Shown: positions 32,038 through 46,662, numbered from the stretch's first letter. The stretch is DNA of 64,000 nucleotides from Takakia lepidozioides (GCA_030704615.1 CM060733.1:42408001-42472000), one strand, 5' to 3'. The notes: generated by a model from the letters alone, not told the origin. Numbers and translations: made by a program.

Positions 32038-35000
32038 CTGTGAATGAGGGCCCAGTGGTGGCAGCTCACATGGTTAGGCCATGTGTTGTACCAGAAGTAA
32101 GTACAATGATAGTAACCAGAAGCAAAGCCAAATTAATACCTCCAGTAGTAGAGGAAGATGATGATAATGAAGGTGGCAGTGATATGCCTCAAGATGAAGA
32201 GACTTGGAAAGATGAAGGAACTGCACAAGGAAGTGGCAGATACCATAAGGGAAATGCAGAAGAGTACTGATATTCCTGTGGCAGATTCCTCTGATTCGGA
32301 TGGAGGAGAAGAAGTGAGTGAGGATGAAAGGAAGAAAAAAGATGCAGACATGCAAAGTAATGAAGAGACTTTGGCTGAAGTAATATGCCAGACCAAAGCA
32401 GAGATTACCATTGGACAACTATTGACTGTGGCACCTTATTGTAGGCACAGGCTGTATCAAGCAATCAATCGAATTGCCCAGGAGACAGGAATCACAGACC
32501 TGAACAGCAAGGTGACCAGTTATAATATGAAACCGGAAGGGCGAGAAACAGTCATGGACTTTGATGATTCTATGCCAGTAATCCAATTGAGAATTGGAAG
32601 CACAGAACTAACTGATGTACTGATAGATGGAGGTTCTGGAGTAAATATCATGACAGACCAATTAAGAAAGAAGCTTGGTCTAAGTAACATGAAACCAGCC
32701 CCATTTACAGTAACAATGGCAGATCAAAGAAGTGTGCAGCCATTGGGATTAATAAGAGGAGTTAAGATACAGATACAGAAGATGATCTTTATGATCACAG
32801 TAACTGTGTTGAAGATGGATGAAGTCATGGAGGCTTACTCCTTATTATTGGGACGTCCGTGGCTGAAACAGGCCAGGGTATTCCATGACTGGAACTTTCA
32901 GTTACTAACCGTGCATAATGGGATACACGAGATACAAATTACCACAAAGAAATCTAGTAGATTACCTGCTACGAGAAGACCTCGAGGAGTCAGAGAGTAT
33001 GACTGGAGAGGAGGACTGGATGAGGAGCAGGAAGCTACCCTGTTTGCTGCACACCCAGAGTGGGAGCAGGTTGCAGAGATGCGGCTGGAAGGCCTAAGTT
33101 GTTTAAGGGGTATCTGCTGTGTGAGTTTCAACAACACCGATTGAAGAGGAAACCAGCAGTTACCCATCACATTTCTATGAAGAAAAGAAGGAGAAATGGA
33201 AATCCTAGAGGAACCAGCCACTATGAGTTTACAGGATGAAGTGGTGACTGGTTGGACAATCACAGCTGATGAGCAAGTGAGGAAGTGAATGTGGGAACTA
33301 AAGAAGAACCGATGATGGTGAAGGTAGAGCTGATTTGGAGCCAGAATTCTTCGAAGAAGCTAAGAGTTTGTTCATCAAATACAGAGATGTATTTGCTTGG
33401 AGCTATGAGGATTTAAAAGGGATACCACCTGAAATCTGTCAGCATAAGATTGAACTGGAACCGGGGTCAGTACCAATCAAGCAGGCAAGGTACATAATGA
33501 ATCCCAACTACGCACAGAAGGTTGGAGAAGAGATCAAGAAGTTGGCTGAGGCTAAGTTTATATACCCAATAGAGTATACAACTTGGTTGTCACCCATTGT
33601 GATAGTTCCCAAGAAGAATGGTAAACTAAGAGTTTGTGTGAACTACAAGAAGCTGAATGCTTGTACGAAGAAAGATCCTTTCCCTTTGCCATTCACAGAA
33701 GCAGTATTAGACACTGTGGCAGGCCATGAGATGTACTCATTCATGGATGGCTTCAGTGGTTATAATCAAGTGCAAGTGGCAGAAGAAGACCAAGGAAAAA
33801 CAGCTTTCATCACAGACTGGGGTGCTTATGCATACAAAGTCATGCCCTTTGGACTTTGTAATGCACCAGCGACCTTTCAGAGAGTGATAAGTGAATCTTT
33901 TCATGAGTATCTGGATGATTTCATGCAGGTATTCTTGGATGATTTCAGTGTGTACAGCTCTAAGAATGAGCACTTACATAAATTGGAGTGCTTCTGGGAC
34001 ACATTGTGTGTAAGAGGGGACTTCTTGTGGATCCCAGGAAAACAGAGGCCATTAAAGCCTCTCCACCACCAGTGAATGTTAAGAGTCTAAGGAGATTCCT
34101 TGGACAAACAAGCTATTATAGAAGATTTGTCAGACGGTATGCACAGATAGCAGCACCATTGAGCAAACTTCTGAAGAAAGATGCAGTGTTTGCATGGACA
34201 CCTGAATGTCAACAGGCTTTTGAGGAACTTACATTGTCAGTAACAACTACACCTGTGCTGATTAGTCCTCACTGGCAGGAAATATTTCATGTTCACTGTG
34301 ATGCTTCTGGAGAAGCACTAGGAGCAGTGTTAGCCCAAAATGTAACAGGAAGGATAGATTCACCTGTGTACTATGCTAGCCGATTGATGAACAATGCCGA
34401 AAAAAATTATAGCACAACGGAAAGAGAAGCATTGGCAATGATCTATGCAGTGAAGAAATTCAGGCATTACCTGTTGGGCAAGAAGTTTATGTTCTATGTG
34501 GATCACTAGGCTCTGATATACCTGGTAAACAAACCTCTGATAAGCGGAAGAATAGCAAGATGGTTGATAATCTTGCACGAGTTTGAGTTCGAGGTTGTTT
34601 ACAAGCCTGGAAGACTGCATCTTGTGGCGGATCACTTGTCACGGTTATCAACAGGAGAACCAGCCACGGGAGTAGATGATCAATTACCAGATGCGAGTCT
34701 ATTTGTAGTGGAGGTGCAGGGAAGTGCAGATGACTGGTTAGATTGGCAATGGCCAATCAGATACTACCTTGTTCATGGTCAGTGCCCACCAAGTTATGGA
34801 AAGGAGCAGAGAAAGAGAATTGCTATCAAGGCTCTACCTTACACTATGGTAGGGAGCAGAATGTATAAGCTAGGACCAGATGGAGTGCTGAAGCGATGCT
34901 TATACCACCATGAAGTTAATAAAGTTTTGGAGGAAGTTCATAAAGGAGTGGCAGGAGGTCATTTTGGAGAAGAGACTACCAGCAGGAAAATACTACATGC

Positions 35001-35811
35001 AGGTTACTGGTGGCCTACTTTGTTCAAAGATGTACACAAGTATTGCCAGAGTTGTGATGAATGTCAGAGGCTAGGACCTTTGCAAAGATCTAGGAAAATG
35101 GCTTTGCATCCTACAATGCCTACGGAACCATTTCAGAAATGGGGACTAGACTTTGTTGGACCAATTAACCCACCAGCCAAGAATACACAGAACAGGTACA
35201 TAATTACAGCCACTGATTATACTACGAAGTGGGTGGAAGCTAAAGCTTTGAGGGACAACACAGCCAAGTCCACAGCAAGGTTTCTGTATGAGAACATACT
35301 TACACGATTTGGCTGTCCCTTGGAATTTATCAGTGATCATGGAAGTCACTTCATTAATGAGACCATTGAATTGTTGACTAAAGAGTTCATGATTGTGCAT
35401 AGAAAGAGTACAACATATTACCCACAGGGTAATGGGTAGGCAGAGGCTACCAACAAAATACTATGTACTATCTTGGCTAAGATAGTCAATGCAAACAGAA
35501 CGGATTGGGATACAAAGCTGCTGACAGCTTTGTGGTCATACAGGACTTCATATAAAGTCACCACAAAGTATACACCATTCCAATTAGTTTATGGTATGGA
35601 AGCCTTACTTCCAGTGGAATTCCTGTTACCTACCATGAGAACGGAATGGGGAAAGAGAATGGAATTGCAAGATTCCATTAAGGTCAGGAAACATGAATTA
35701 TACCATGTGGAAGAAGTACGTGCTGATGCAGCTGATAATATGACCAGAATTCAGATGAAGAGAAAGGAACAGTTTGATGAAGGCAAGTTAAAGACTTTTA
35801 AGACGGGAGAA
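32038..35811 (+). mobile_element. Gypsy family D pol (PR-RT-RNaseH-INT), disrupted
   Basis: LIDGGSG, FLDDF, HCDASG...YSTTEREALA, GHFG..C..C, WGLDFVGP, ISDHGSHF; stops and frameshifts. Confidence 0.93.
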
Positions 35812-36336
35812 GGATCACTTCTTGGGGAATCACTGCTGGAAGGAGTGGGAGGAGCACTTCTTAGGGGAGGACTTGGGACATCACTGGGGGAAATGAGGAG
35901 AGAGCGTATCTCGGAGCAGAAAGAGGGAGAGCACGGAGTAGGAGGAGGATCTGTTGATGCTTAATGAATGCAGGTTGTAGAATTGTAATGTAGAGCAGAT
36001 TAGAGACTCCATGGCTTCAGCCTGATACTTGATAGATATTAATCTGATACACACTTCATACTCACACTGTGTAGAGAGATCTAAATGAAGCTGTGGAATG
36101 AATGGATGAGTTGATGGAATCCGATAGATTGATGAAGCAAACTGATACTTAATTACCAACAGTAAGGTAACTAGCTAACATGAATGCGGGAAGGAAAACA
36201 AATAGGAACACACCCCATGATACACTAGCTGTAGGTCATGACTGATTGTTCTGAGCGGGCTGAGTACTTAGAGATTTCCAACTCTTCTATCTTGCAGTTT
36301 CCGCCTCGGATAGCAAAGGGATGGGTGAGTTAAAGA
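35812..36336 (+). repeat. Inverted partial LTR of family D (left arm of palindrome)
   Basis: Reverse complement of about 36348-36860. Confidence 0.88.
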
Positions 36337-37277
36337 TGTTGCGCGGCTTTTACTCACCCATCCCTTCGCTATCCGAGGCGGAAACTCCAAGATAGAAGAG
36401 TTGGAAATCTCTAAGTACTCAGCCCGCTCAGAACAATCAGTCATGACCTACAGCTAGTGTATCATGGGGGTGTTTCCTATTTTTTTTCCTTCTCGCATTC
36501 ATGTTAGCTAGTTACCTTACTGTTGGTAATTAAGTATCAGTTTGCTTCATCAATCTATCGGATTCCATCAACTCATCCATTCATTCCACAGCTTCACTCA
36601 GATCTCTTTACACAATGTGAGTATGAAGTGTGTATCAAATTAATATCTATCAAGTATCAGGCTGAAGCCATGGAGTCTCTAATCTGCTCTACATTACAAT
36701 TCTACTGCCTGCATTCATTAAGCATCAACAGATCCTCCTCCTACTCCGTGCTCTCCCTCTTTCTGCTCCGAGATACGCTCTCTCCTCATTTCCCCCAATG
36801 ATGTCCCAAGTTCCTCCAAGAAGTGATTCCACCCCCCGAAGTGATCCAAGAAGCGATCCTTTTCCAGTCCTTGCTCCTGGCTTTATCTTCCTACCCGTTG
36901 TTCTAACCGTTTCCCTCACTAACCGTCATCCGTGAACTAACATGTTCCATTCGCAGGTGTTGTTCCCCACAGTCGTTCCCTGTCCTGCTATCCGTTCCCT
37001 ATGGTCGTGATAGCTGTGTCAAGCTGTGACTGGCTGTGTGAAACTGTGACCGGCTGTGTCGGGCTGTGATTGGCTGTGCGGCTGTGTCGGACTGTGACGA
37101 CTGTGTTGGTTGTGTTGGGCTGTGTCGGGCTGTGTCGGACTGTGACGGGCTGTGTAACCCCCTTCTAAAGTGCGCTGCTGTCACCCCTAAGGCTCCTGTT
37201 GGTCTCAGTCTGTGCAAAAATTAAGGGTACCCCATAGATCTAGTAAAAGTGTCTAAGTCCCAGACAGTCCTCCAACA
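36337..37277 (-). mobile_element. Complete 3' LTR of family D (941 bp) preceded by a PPT
   Basis: Minus strand GAGAGGGGAATGGGTAA then TGTTGG...GCAACA. Confidence 0.85.
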
Positions 37278-37315
37278 TTACCCATTCCCCTCTCAAAAAG
37301 CCGTGTCCTCACGGT

Positions 37316-40300
37316 TTACTGATTGGGATTAGCAAACCTTTGTGAGCGAGCACCTTTCTGACGTTGAGAGTTTCGTGGCGGACTGTGTGTACGAGCCCGA
37401 GGTCTGTCACTGGTTGACGGAGATGATTGAACACTACCTGGATATGTGAGGCCCTCTGGAGGCTGATATCGAGGTAACCTTTCAGGCATAGGAGACCCTC
37501 GTCGCTTCTTCTCTGCCATCTGAATTGCATAGTCTTCTCCCATGTCAAAAGAATCGGCTGAAGAAACAGTTGTATCAGAATCCTCATCGCCTCTCAGGTG
37601 TTTTAATTGTCGAACTTTTTGTGGAATCCTCTGGGGCATACAATGTTGTCCTACCATGTCTGAAAGTTTAAACTTTAAAACTTGCTGTAAACGCTGAATG
37701 GCAAAATTGGTGAAGACCCTGAGCTCCTTGTCTGTCCAGGTGAGTGGGGTACCAATGACTTGTGAATTGTGCAAGTATTTCCATGCCTCATGTCCCTTAC
37801 AGAAAATATCATCAATGCCGAATTTCTGTGTTGACAAATTGTTCCAGGCCGCATGAAACCATGAACGAATTTGAGAATCCTTTTGCATCATAACTTTTGC
37901 CTCATATAGGTACATATGAGGTGGCACTGAAGGTAAGACCCAATGATCCCCACTGCAATAACTCAGAAAGCGCGATTGCATCTTGTGCTGCTCAATGTGA
38001 TAACGTACCATAAAACAAGCAGCGTAGTATAGCCCGCATCCCATGACAATACTTGCTACCTCCTTGGTCTTGGTATAAATGAATCCATGTACAATTTGGA
38101 AGGCAATTAATTCCTTCAACATGGTACCTGCCTCATGCAAAGTGATGATCCTCAATTGGTTGATTGTTCGGAAGAACTTTAGTCCTAGTTGCCACTGGCA
38201 GTCAAATGCGCATGATTTGATAGTAATGTGCCAATGACTGCGGAGGACTAAATTCTTTCCAAGCCAAATCTAACATAATGGGAATTTGGTTGAAGGGCAT
38301 AATCATAGCCCTACTGTACTCCCTTGCAGCTGGAGTTTTAGGTGGGTTAAAAGCAGCATTGCCCCATACCTCAGGCTGTGGTGGCTGTGGTGTGGCTGTA
38401 GTAACAACAGGGTCAGCTACTGGCACAGTGACTTGTTGTGGTGTTGGTGGCACTGGCTCTTGTACCATTGGCATCTCCTGCACCTCCTGTGAAGAAGACT
38501 GAAAAGCCAAAGTTCTGGCTTGTAAATAAGAAGCCATTAGCTGTTCCTCAGGTATATAGACTCTTTTGTCGATATTTGAAGTGAGGTCCTCCACTTGAGT
38601 CTGCAGTCCGTCTACATCCTCCTGTAACTCCGCTATCCTATTATAGACATTGTCTATAGTAGTTGTGGCAATGTTCTGCATTTGCAGTTTGAGCTCATTC
38701 ATCTCGCTTTGGGTGAGCTTTCGTGGTGCTTTGCCCTCCACTGGCCCTTGTGCTAACCATACCTACATAAGGTGGTTATCCACCAAGTTGCTTGTGGTTC
38801 CTCTAAGAGTGTGCTCCTCTCTGAGTTTGTACACATCTAACTGCTGTTGTAAAGCCTCCATGCGCTTCGCATGAGGTTCAACCAATTTCGCATAGGCAGC
38901 AAGCAGATTATTGGCTTCCTTCCAAGCCTTGTTAGTGACCGAGATTTCATTTCTATTGGCCATGACCGTTTGTTGCAACTCCAGGATGTGCCTCTCTTGG
39001 TCAGCTTCAACCTGCCTGTATTGCTTGAAAGTATCCTCATTGCGACAGATTGTATTCTTCATATCGACAATGAGTTTCATTTGCTCAACATTCTCTTCCT
39101 CTGCCTTCGTACATTTTCCGCTTGACTGTTTATTTCTTTTGTAGATTGGTCAAGCATAGTTGTGAGTGTAGCACATTGTATGGTCATCCTGTCATGCACT
39201 GTCTGCAACTCCATATGTAGTGCATTCACTTCTTGCAACTTGCTTTCATGCTTCACCTGCATTTGGTATAGCTGTTGCTTATGTGCTTCGTGTAAGTGGT
39301 CTTGTGCGAGGCCTGCCTCAATCAATTGTTGCTTGGCCAATTGCAAAGCCGCTTCTTTACTCTCCAAGTCTTGCTGCATCTTGAGAGTCACCTCTTCATC
39401 GACCTTGTTTGCACACTCTGTGGCAAGTCGAGCCTCAAACTCTTTCTTGAGTTCCTCCCTCAAAGCTGCCAATTGAGTAGTGGGAACATGGGATTTGACA
39501 TAAGTACCCAACAGATTAAGTGTCCTGCTTATGGAACTCATAAGCATGGCCTATTGAGGGTCATCTTGGTGAACTTGCTGCTGTTCTCCCTGATCCTCAA
39601 TAATGTGATGCCTTACGAACCACTCAGGCCATTGCCCCACCAGATTTTCTTCCTGAACCACTTCATCCGTCACCGGTGCTGCAGTGTCTTGACATTCTAC
39701 CTGTGGTACCTCCGACACAGGTGTGTGTATTATATGCACCGCAGGGTTTCCCCTGGACAATTGTTGCACCTCCGGAATCACTGTGTCCTTGACCATACCA
39801 GAATATTCATAGAGAAGGTCCCCCTTCTCAATTTCTGCCACCACCTGTTCTGTAGTGGGAATATCTAACCCTTCTTTTTCTAAATCAATTATTTCTGGTT
39901 GAACTGCATGGACAACTTGTGGTAACCCTGTGACAAGCCGATCCTCTGGCTGTGAAGGCTGTGATACTGAAGTAACTTCCTCTTCCCTCTCTGAAGGTCC
40001 TGCTTCCAGTAATAGCAGTTCTCTGTGCTGCTGTGCCCCTTCCTGCACAAAAACTTGGGAAACATTATCATGCGGATTCCGTGAAGCCAATGGATCCGCC
40101 ACTATAAACTTTCCCCGCCTCTGTCTCTTATTCTCGGGTTGCCCTGCCAGTCCACCCTCACTGTGTGAAGAGCCTTGTTCTTCCATTGCAGTGGTTTCTG
40201 GCTCAAACACTCCCATCTCTTTTCTTTCTCGCGCATCAAGTATGCCAGAATCAAGAATTATTTGAGCAATGATTGGGCCAGACACTATGATAGGAGACTT

Positions 40301-41545
40301 TGCGGCAGTACCCTGTAATCTTTTCATCTCCTCTACCAGTGCGTTGTACATTATGTCCGCCCATTCTACCTCTTCTCCTCTCAGGGCTTTGAGTATTTCT
40401 TCTGTGAAGGATCTGCTCAAATACTGTTGGTTCTGTTTCATGGCAAACAGAACGTTCAATACCTGGCCTACCTCCCTTAGCCCTAGGTACACGGCCTTGG
40501 TACAAGCATAACCCTGAGTTTTAAAGAAACTCCCTTCTTGGAATAAGTCCCCTATTTGTAGTCTTGCCCTGTGCTCCTCCACATGCACTTGACCTGCTAG
40601 CAATCGAAACAATTGCTGTAGGTATAGGGGAGTAATTACTAATTCAACTCCCTTCACCGTTGTTGCTCTTGTCCTTGGCTCAAAGTTCTGCAAGAATTGT
40701 AACATGTACTGTCTATGGTGCAATGTCCAATCTTTGCTTTGCAATCCTTGCAATCTCAGCTCCTTCAGTAACTGTATCGCCTGTGGAGTAGCAATCGTTT
40801 GTTTCTGCAGGATTGTGGTGCTCTTCACCCTGATTTCCTCCATTCCTCTCACTCTCTTCATTCTAGACCCACAGAAATGTTTTGGCTGTAACAATTGAAG
40901 AAATGCCTGTAGTGCACAAAACATAAACGTATGGTTGCCACAAAAAGCTATGGGTAATTTCTTGTAAGCCTGCGGGGCTTGCAAGCATCGATCAAGAGAA
41001 AAGATCCGTTCTGTTCTTTCGTCCCTATGCCACTGCGTAAGTAATATTGCGAGTGTATAGTCTGTTAGTTCCTCCATAGCTTCAAAGCTATCGCATTGAT
41101 GGTTTGTCCCGTCGAGACGCCCGTTACTTAGAACGACGCCGACTCTTGCGCTTAATTTCCCTCCAATTTCTTGATCCCTTCTCTGGCTTTCGATTGGCTG
41201 TAACCGCTGTGACTGAATTTTAGATTTAATTTTCTTTAGTGGACTTTTCCTGCTGGACTGTCCACTAGGATAACACATGTGACAAGAATTTCGCTTTTCT
41301 GTACTTGCCGTTTGTTCTGTTGCCCCTTTTCTGTATTCATTAATGGGCCCGCCATTTATCCGAATTGACGTGCTAATTAGGTATTTTGACGGCCATTCTT
41401 GTCCTCTTTCTTGATGACATCCGTTCTTGCACTTCCTTCTCAGCTGTGTGTTGCGCCCTGACTTCCACGTGTCCCTTTCTAAACTGGCTTTCGTCCTTTC
41501 TTCCGCCGGCCATTTCACTGAAGTTATCCTGCATCCACCTGTCAC
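37316..41545 (-). pseudogene. Large extra ORF(s) between pol and 3' LTR of family D (unknown function, long coiled coil)
   Basis: ORFs of 664, 156, 105, 179 and 279 aa in series; 42130-42232 is the reverse complement of the integrase tail 35700-35810. Confidence 0.7.
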
Positions 41546-42232
41546 TGATTCTATGGATTGTGTAACCCTAGTAGGCTGTGTTGAGCTGTGACAGGCTGTG
41601 TTATACTGTGGTACGCCGTGATATGCTGTGTTGCACTGTGGTAAGCTGTGATAGGCTGTGACATGCTATGGTAGGTTGTGATAGGTTGTATTGCTCCGTG
41701 CTGACCTGTGATATGCTGTGTCGTACCGTGATGGGCTGTGATAGGCTGTGTCGCGCCTTGATGGGCTGTGATAGGCTGTCGCGCCGTGATGGGCTGTGAT
41801 AGGCTGTGTTGCGCTTGTTCTGCCCGCCCTGGTCATATATGCTCGGCCTAGCGACAAGTGCTCTATACTCCGTTGGTATCACTGGTGCAGCCCGTGACTG
41901 CTTTTGCGTTTCAACATGCAAATCATGCTGCAATGGTTTGTCATGGATACCACTGTACCCCTTCAACTTATTAGCATTGACTCTTCCCAGCATCTCTTTG
42001 TTAATGGTTTGTAAAACATGGCGGTGTTGTTATCATACATCTTTTGTATGACATAAGGTCCTTTCCATGGTGATTTAAGCTTAGAAGCTTTAATCTTTCC
42101 TTTCTTCTGCAACCATAGAACCAAATCTCCCGTCTTAAAAGTCTTTAACTTGCCTTAATCAAACTGTTCCTTTCTCTTCATCTGAATTCTGGTCAAATTA
42201 TTAGCTGCATCAGCATGTACTTCTTCCACATG

Positions 42233-44075
42233 GCCCGAGGAATCCTTGAGAGCTCTGACAAACCAAGAGATGCCTCCCATGCTGGCAGCCTTTTGGGAAG
42301 GGTTATTGGCGCAGTTTGGCGGGACGTTGAAAGACGTGTTGAAGGCGGCTAATGCCACTTCCGCTAAGGCAAAGTTTAAGATGAAGCCTAAGGAACCCGG
42401 CACCTTCGAGGGCGTCCGAAATCGGAAGGCACTCAACACCTGGCTCTTGGAGCTAGAGCAGTACTTCCGGGCGGCCAAGTTGAGTGACGAGGATCGCGTG
42501 GAAGTGGCTCCCACCTATTTGAGGGGCTATGCTCAACAATGGTGGCAGAAACGCCTTCACGACCGAGGTCCAAGTCCGGAAACCTTGAACTGGAGTGGGT
42601 TCAAGGAATTGTTGAAGAGACAGTTTGTGCCCCTCAACGCGTCCTGGCTTGCCCGGGACAAGATGAGGAATTTGAAGCAAACAGATGACATTCGGGGTAT
42701 GTCCAGGCTTTCAATGTGCTGTTGCTCGAAGTCGCGGACATGGCAGAACCAGAAATGGTCTTCAACTTTGTGGCGGGACTGGCCCCATGGGTCAGGCGGA
42801 AGTTGGAGGAGAAGCCACCCAACTTTGAACGAGGCAATTGAGAGGGCTGAATGTTTCTCGGATGTCCCTAGGGGTGAAAGACAAGGCCGTACGGAGCCGA
42901 ACCACAAGAAGATTCGGCGGGAAGGTGACTCCTTCCGACCGGAAAAGAAGTGGGATAGGCCACGCGGCGAAATGGCACGTGGAAATCGAAGGGAGGGCCT
43001 TCACACGTCAAGGCGGCAACCGGTGCTTCGAAAGGAAAAGCGGGTGGAGCGGCTTATGGCGGACAGAAGGCGACCTTTGATGGAGTGTGTTTCAATTGCG
43101 GGGAGCCCAGGCACATGGCCAAGAAGTGCACGAAGCCCCCAATTGAACATGACTCGGGCGACCACGGAGCTGTTGGAAGATACCATCAGTCGCTTGGTGG
43201 AAGCGGTGGTCGCCAGGACTTGCAAGGTAGGCAAATTTTCTTGTGAGTTGTATCAGGAAACTGGCGCCTTACGAAAAGGGAGTCAGTTATTGTTCGTGGA
43301 TGGGATAATATCCGGAATTAATGTGTCATTGTTGGTGGACACAGGAGCGTCGCACTCCTTCATGACACCGGCAACGGCACAAAAGCTGGGACTCCCGACA
43401 AGTGACGTTGGGGCCTCTACTGAGGTGCGTTCTGCCAAAGGAGAACCACAGTTGGCGACAAGGTTGGCGATTGATGTTCCTCTTCAACTGGGGAGTTGGG
43501 AAGGACGTGAGAACTTCACCATCTGCGAGATCGATGGAGTGGATCTCATTTTGGGGATGACCTTTTTGAGCAAATCCGGAGCGGTCATAGATGGCCGCAA
43601 GAGAGTAGTCACGCTGCCATGTGGGAATGGTGGCGAGGTTTTACGAGTGTCTGAAACGCCCAAATCCGTGGGAGGGCGAATAAACCTTCTATCAGCAAAG
43701 GAGTGGGCCGTGGAGGAGGCACACGAGCCCCAGTTTTTGCTTTACATTAGAGAAGTGAAAGGAGAAGGCGATGGGGAACCGAGCCCAGATTGGATCAAGG
43801 GGATTTTGGAGAAATACCAGGATGTGATACCAGAGGATTTACCAAGCGGCTTGCCACCGCGAAGAGAAGTTGACCACAAGATTGAGGTGATACCGGGATC
43901 GGAACCGCCTGCCAAGGCGCCCTACCGGTTGAGCCACAGAGAGTTGGTCGAGCTGAAGAGTCAGCTCAGGATCTAATGTCAAAGGGGTACATCCGGCCGA
44001 GTAAGTCACCTTACGGAGCCCCGGTGCTATTTGCAGACAAGAAGGATGGGACGTTGCGGATGTGTGTCGATTACA
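42233..44075 (+). mobile_element. Ty3/Gypsy (different family) gag-PR-start of RT fragment
   Basis: Gag WLLELEQYF...AQQWW, CFNCGEPRH knuckle in a shifted frame, [36 protein letters not shown]. Confidence 0.9.
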
Positions 44076-45421
44076 ATAGGTTACTATTCTCCTGTCCTTA
44101 CAGTGAATTAGTTTCATCACATACACTTGCCTCTTGCATATACTTGCATTCGCACTTTAGAACGTTGCAACATCACTCCCACTCTGTTCTATTCTAGTTT
44201 TGTGTCTCAGGATCGATTCTTTTAGTTTTGATTCACAGGCTAGATATTTTTACAAGCTTTCTAAGGTGTCCATAACTGCCCCCCTAAAAACTTGTTTGCA
44301 CTTTGCTACTAATGCACCCGGTGCATTCGCGGTTCGAACTCTGTTGCACTGCTACATGTATTTGTTTCCACTCTTTTGTAAACCCTAAACATTTGTTATG
44401 ATGTTAGCTGCAACTTCTGAACCTTCTTCTTCCAAGCGTCCTAGGATAGAGATGAATAGTGATGGTGCTCCTGCAGAAGATCGACCGTCTTATTCGCCTC
44501 CAAGGGATTTATCTCCTACTCCAAGGCCGCAAGTTGGGATCTTTTTCAACCAGAATGATCATTCTCCAGACTTTGTGGATGCTATTCGCAAGTTGTTGGA
44601 CAACTCTCTGGCGCAATACAAGAAGGATTTCAAGAGACTTCAACGTCTCAAGGCAACTTCCGACAAACTCAGATCTCAAAAAGCTGTCGGTGAAATTCCT
44701 CATGCTTGTAGAGTTGCTTGTCCGAAGTTGGTCATCTCTTATGCCTCTGTCCAGACGTCTTTGGATGCTACTATCCTAGCAGCCATTGTTGCTTACCATT
44801 CAGCTTTGCAAACAGCTTTTATTCAAGCTCATTCCAATCTGGTACAAGAAGCTGAAGCTGTTTTGAGCAAATCCTCTGATGTTTTCATTGCTCGACTCAG
44901 GGAGATCAACTTGCATGTGGATGTATCTTCTTGCACAGACCAGATTCAGGATTCTTCTTGGCTCTTTGATGAGCTTGACTTTGTGTGCACTCAAGCCACT
45001 ACAGCCTGGTATGCCGGAATTTCTTGCTTTCGCGCCAACCACAACCTCGGTACTGCAGTGAGGGATAAGGCATTACATGAAAGGAACCAAGCTAGAGATC
45101 AGGCCATGGCAGATGCTGATGTTCTTCCTACTGAGCCTACCATTGCCGAGCTAGTAAGGAAAGAGGTGCAGAAACAACTTTCCCACTCACGAAAGAAAAC
45201 TTCTCTCTCTCCTACTCGCCCTAAGCAACATCAACGAGCGCGTTCTTCCTCTCCTAACCACAAGAGGCGACAACAGCGTGGCCGCTCACCTGCTCGACGA
45301 GTCTCCAAGACTCAACCTACCAGCCGAGGCACTTCAGCAAAAGCCAAGGTAACTTCCTCCAAGGCAAACTCTTCAAAGCAGCAGGGAAATGGCCAACAGC
45401 GGAATGGGACTGCTCGCACCC
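44076..45421 (+). mobile_element. PLE family B fragment: 3' part of pLTR and uninterrupted ORF1 (44398 onward), truncated just after the slippery site
   Basis: Near-identical to 17267-18609. Confidence 0.92.
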
Positions 45422-46179
45422 GTCTCCTTGATGCTCTCTAAGACAAGACTAAGCACTCCACAGCCTTTGCCAAGCTCCTGAAACCCTAAGGCTTACATTT
45501 CCAGCCACAAGATATTTCTCTTGTGATGCAAGAGCTCTTCTTCCAAGCTCTGAAACCCTAGGTGCACATTCCATGGCCTTGCCGCACCTCTTAGCTCCTG
45601 TTCCAGCCCTGCTCTTGCCATGACAAGAGCCCTCTCAATGCTGAAGCTCGAGATTGAAACCCAATCTCACCATACTCCACAAAGTGCACTGATTTGCCCC
45701 AAGCCAAATTAGCCCTTTCGCTTGGTCCTGCAATCCTTCACACAATGAAAGCTCGCATTCCCAAGTCCAGTTCTCAGCTTTGCCACCAAAGCCACTATAA
45801 CCTGCTCTTGACTGGTCCTCTTCCCAATCGTGCTTGCTCATGCATGTATACAATCTGAAACCATCAAGGTGCTCTGGAATTACCTGTAGCATGGTGCTTT
45901 CATCTCTGAAGCTGAAGATCAAATGCCAAGGTCTACCACCTCGTAACCCACATCGCCTCCGCTTCTAACAACCAAGAGCTCCACGGTGCTCCTTGCATAA
46001 CAACTTGGTTTCTCTTATTCTCAAGCAAAACCACAAGTGCAACAACTAACTCGTATCTGGCACTCACAGATACGAGCTGATCTTTCTCGAGTAATAAAGA
46101 AGAGGAATACAAGCACGAGCTCACAAATCTGAAGCATAAACTCATGCATATATAACCTCATCACTCAAATACAAGTCGA

Positions 46180-46662
46180 GGGAGGAACTCAGGAAGGAGT
46201 TTGAGGCTCGACTTGCCACTGAGTGTGCAAACAAGGTCGATGAAGAGGTCACTCTCAAGATGCAGCAAGACTTAGAGAGTACAGAAGCGGCTTTGCAATT
46301 GGCCAAGGAACAATTGATTGAGGCAGGCCTCACGCAAGACCAGTTGCACGAAGCACATAAGCAACAACTATACCAAATGCAGGTGAAGCATGAAAGCAAG
46401 TTGCAAGAAGTGACATACGGAGTTGCAGACATGCATGACAGGATGGCCATACAATGTGCTACACTCACAACTATGCTTGACCAAGCTACAATAGAAATAA
46501 ACAGTCAAGCGGAAAGATGTACAAAGGCAGAGGCAGAGAATGTTGAGCAAGTGAAACTCATTGTCGATATGAAGAATACAATCTGTCGCAATGAGAATAC
46601 TTTCAAGCAATACAGGCAGGTTGAAGCTGACCAAGAGAGGTACATCCTGGAGTTGCAACAAA
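46180..46662 (+). mobile_element. Inverted copy of the coiled-coil part of the family D extra ORF
   Basis: Reverse complement of about 38969-39460. Confidence 0.85.

Noticed and set aside
23335-42235. CATG at two mosaic junctions suggesting restriction-ligation chimeras
   Set aside because: Other junctions (19529, 44076, 45421, 32038) lack the site, so it is not a general explanation.
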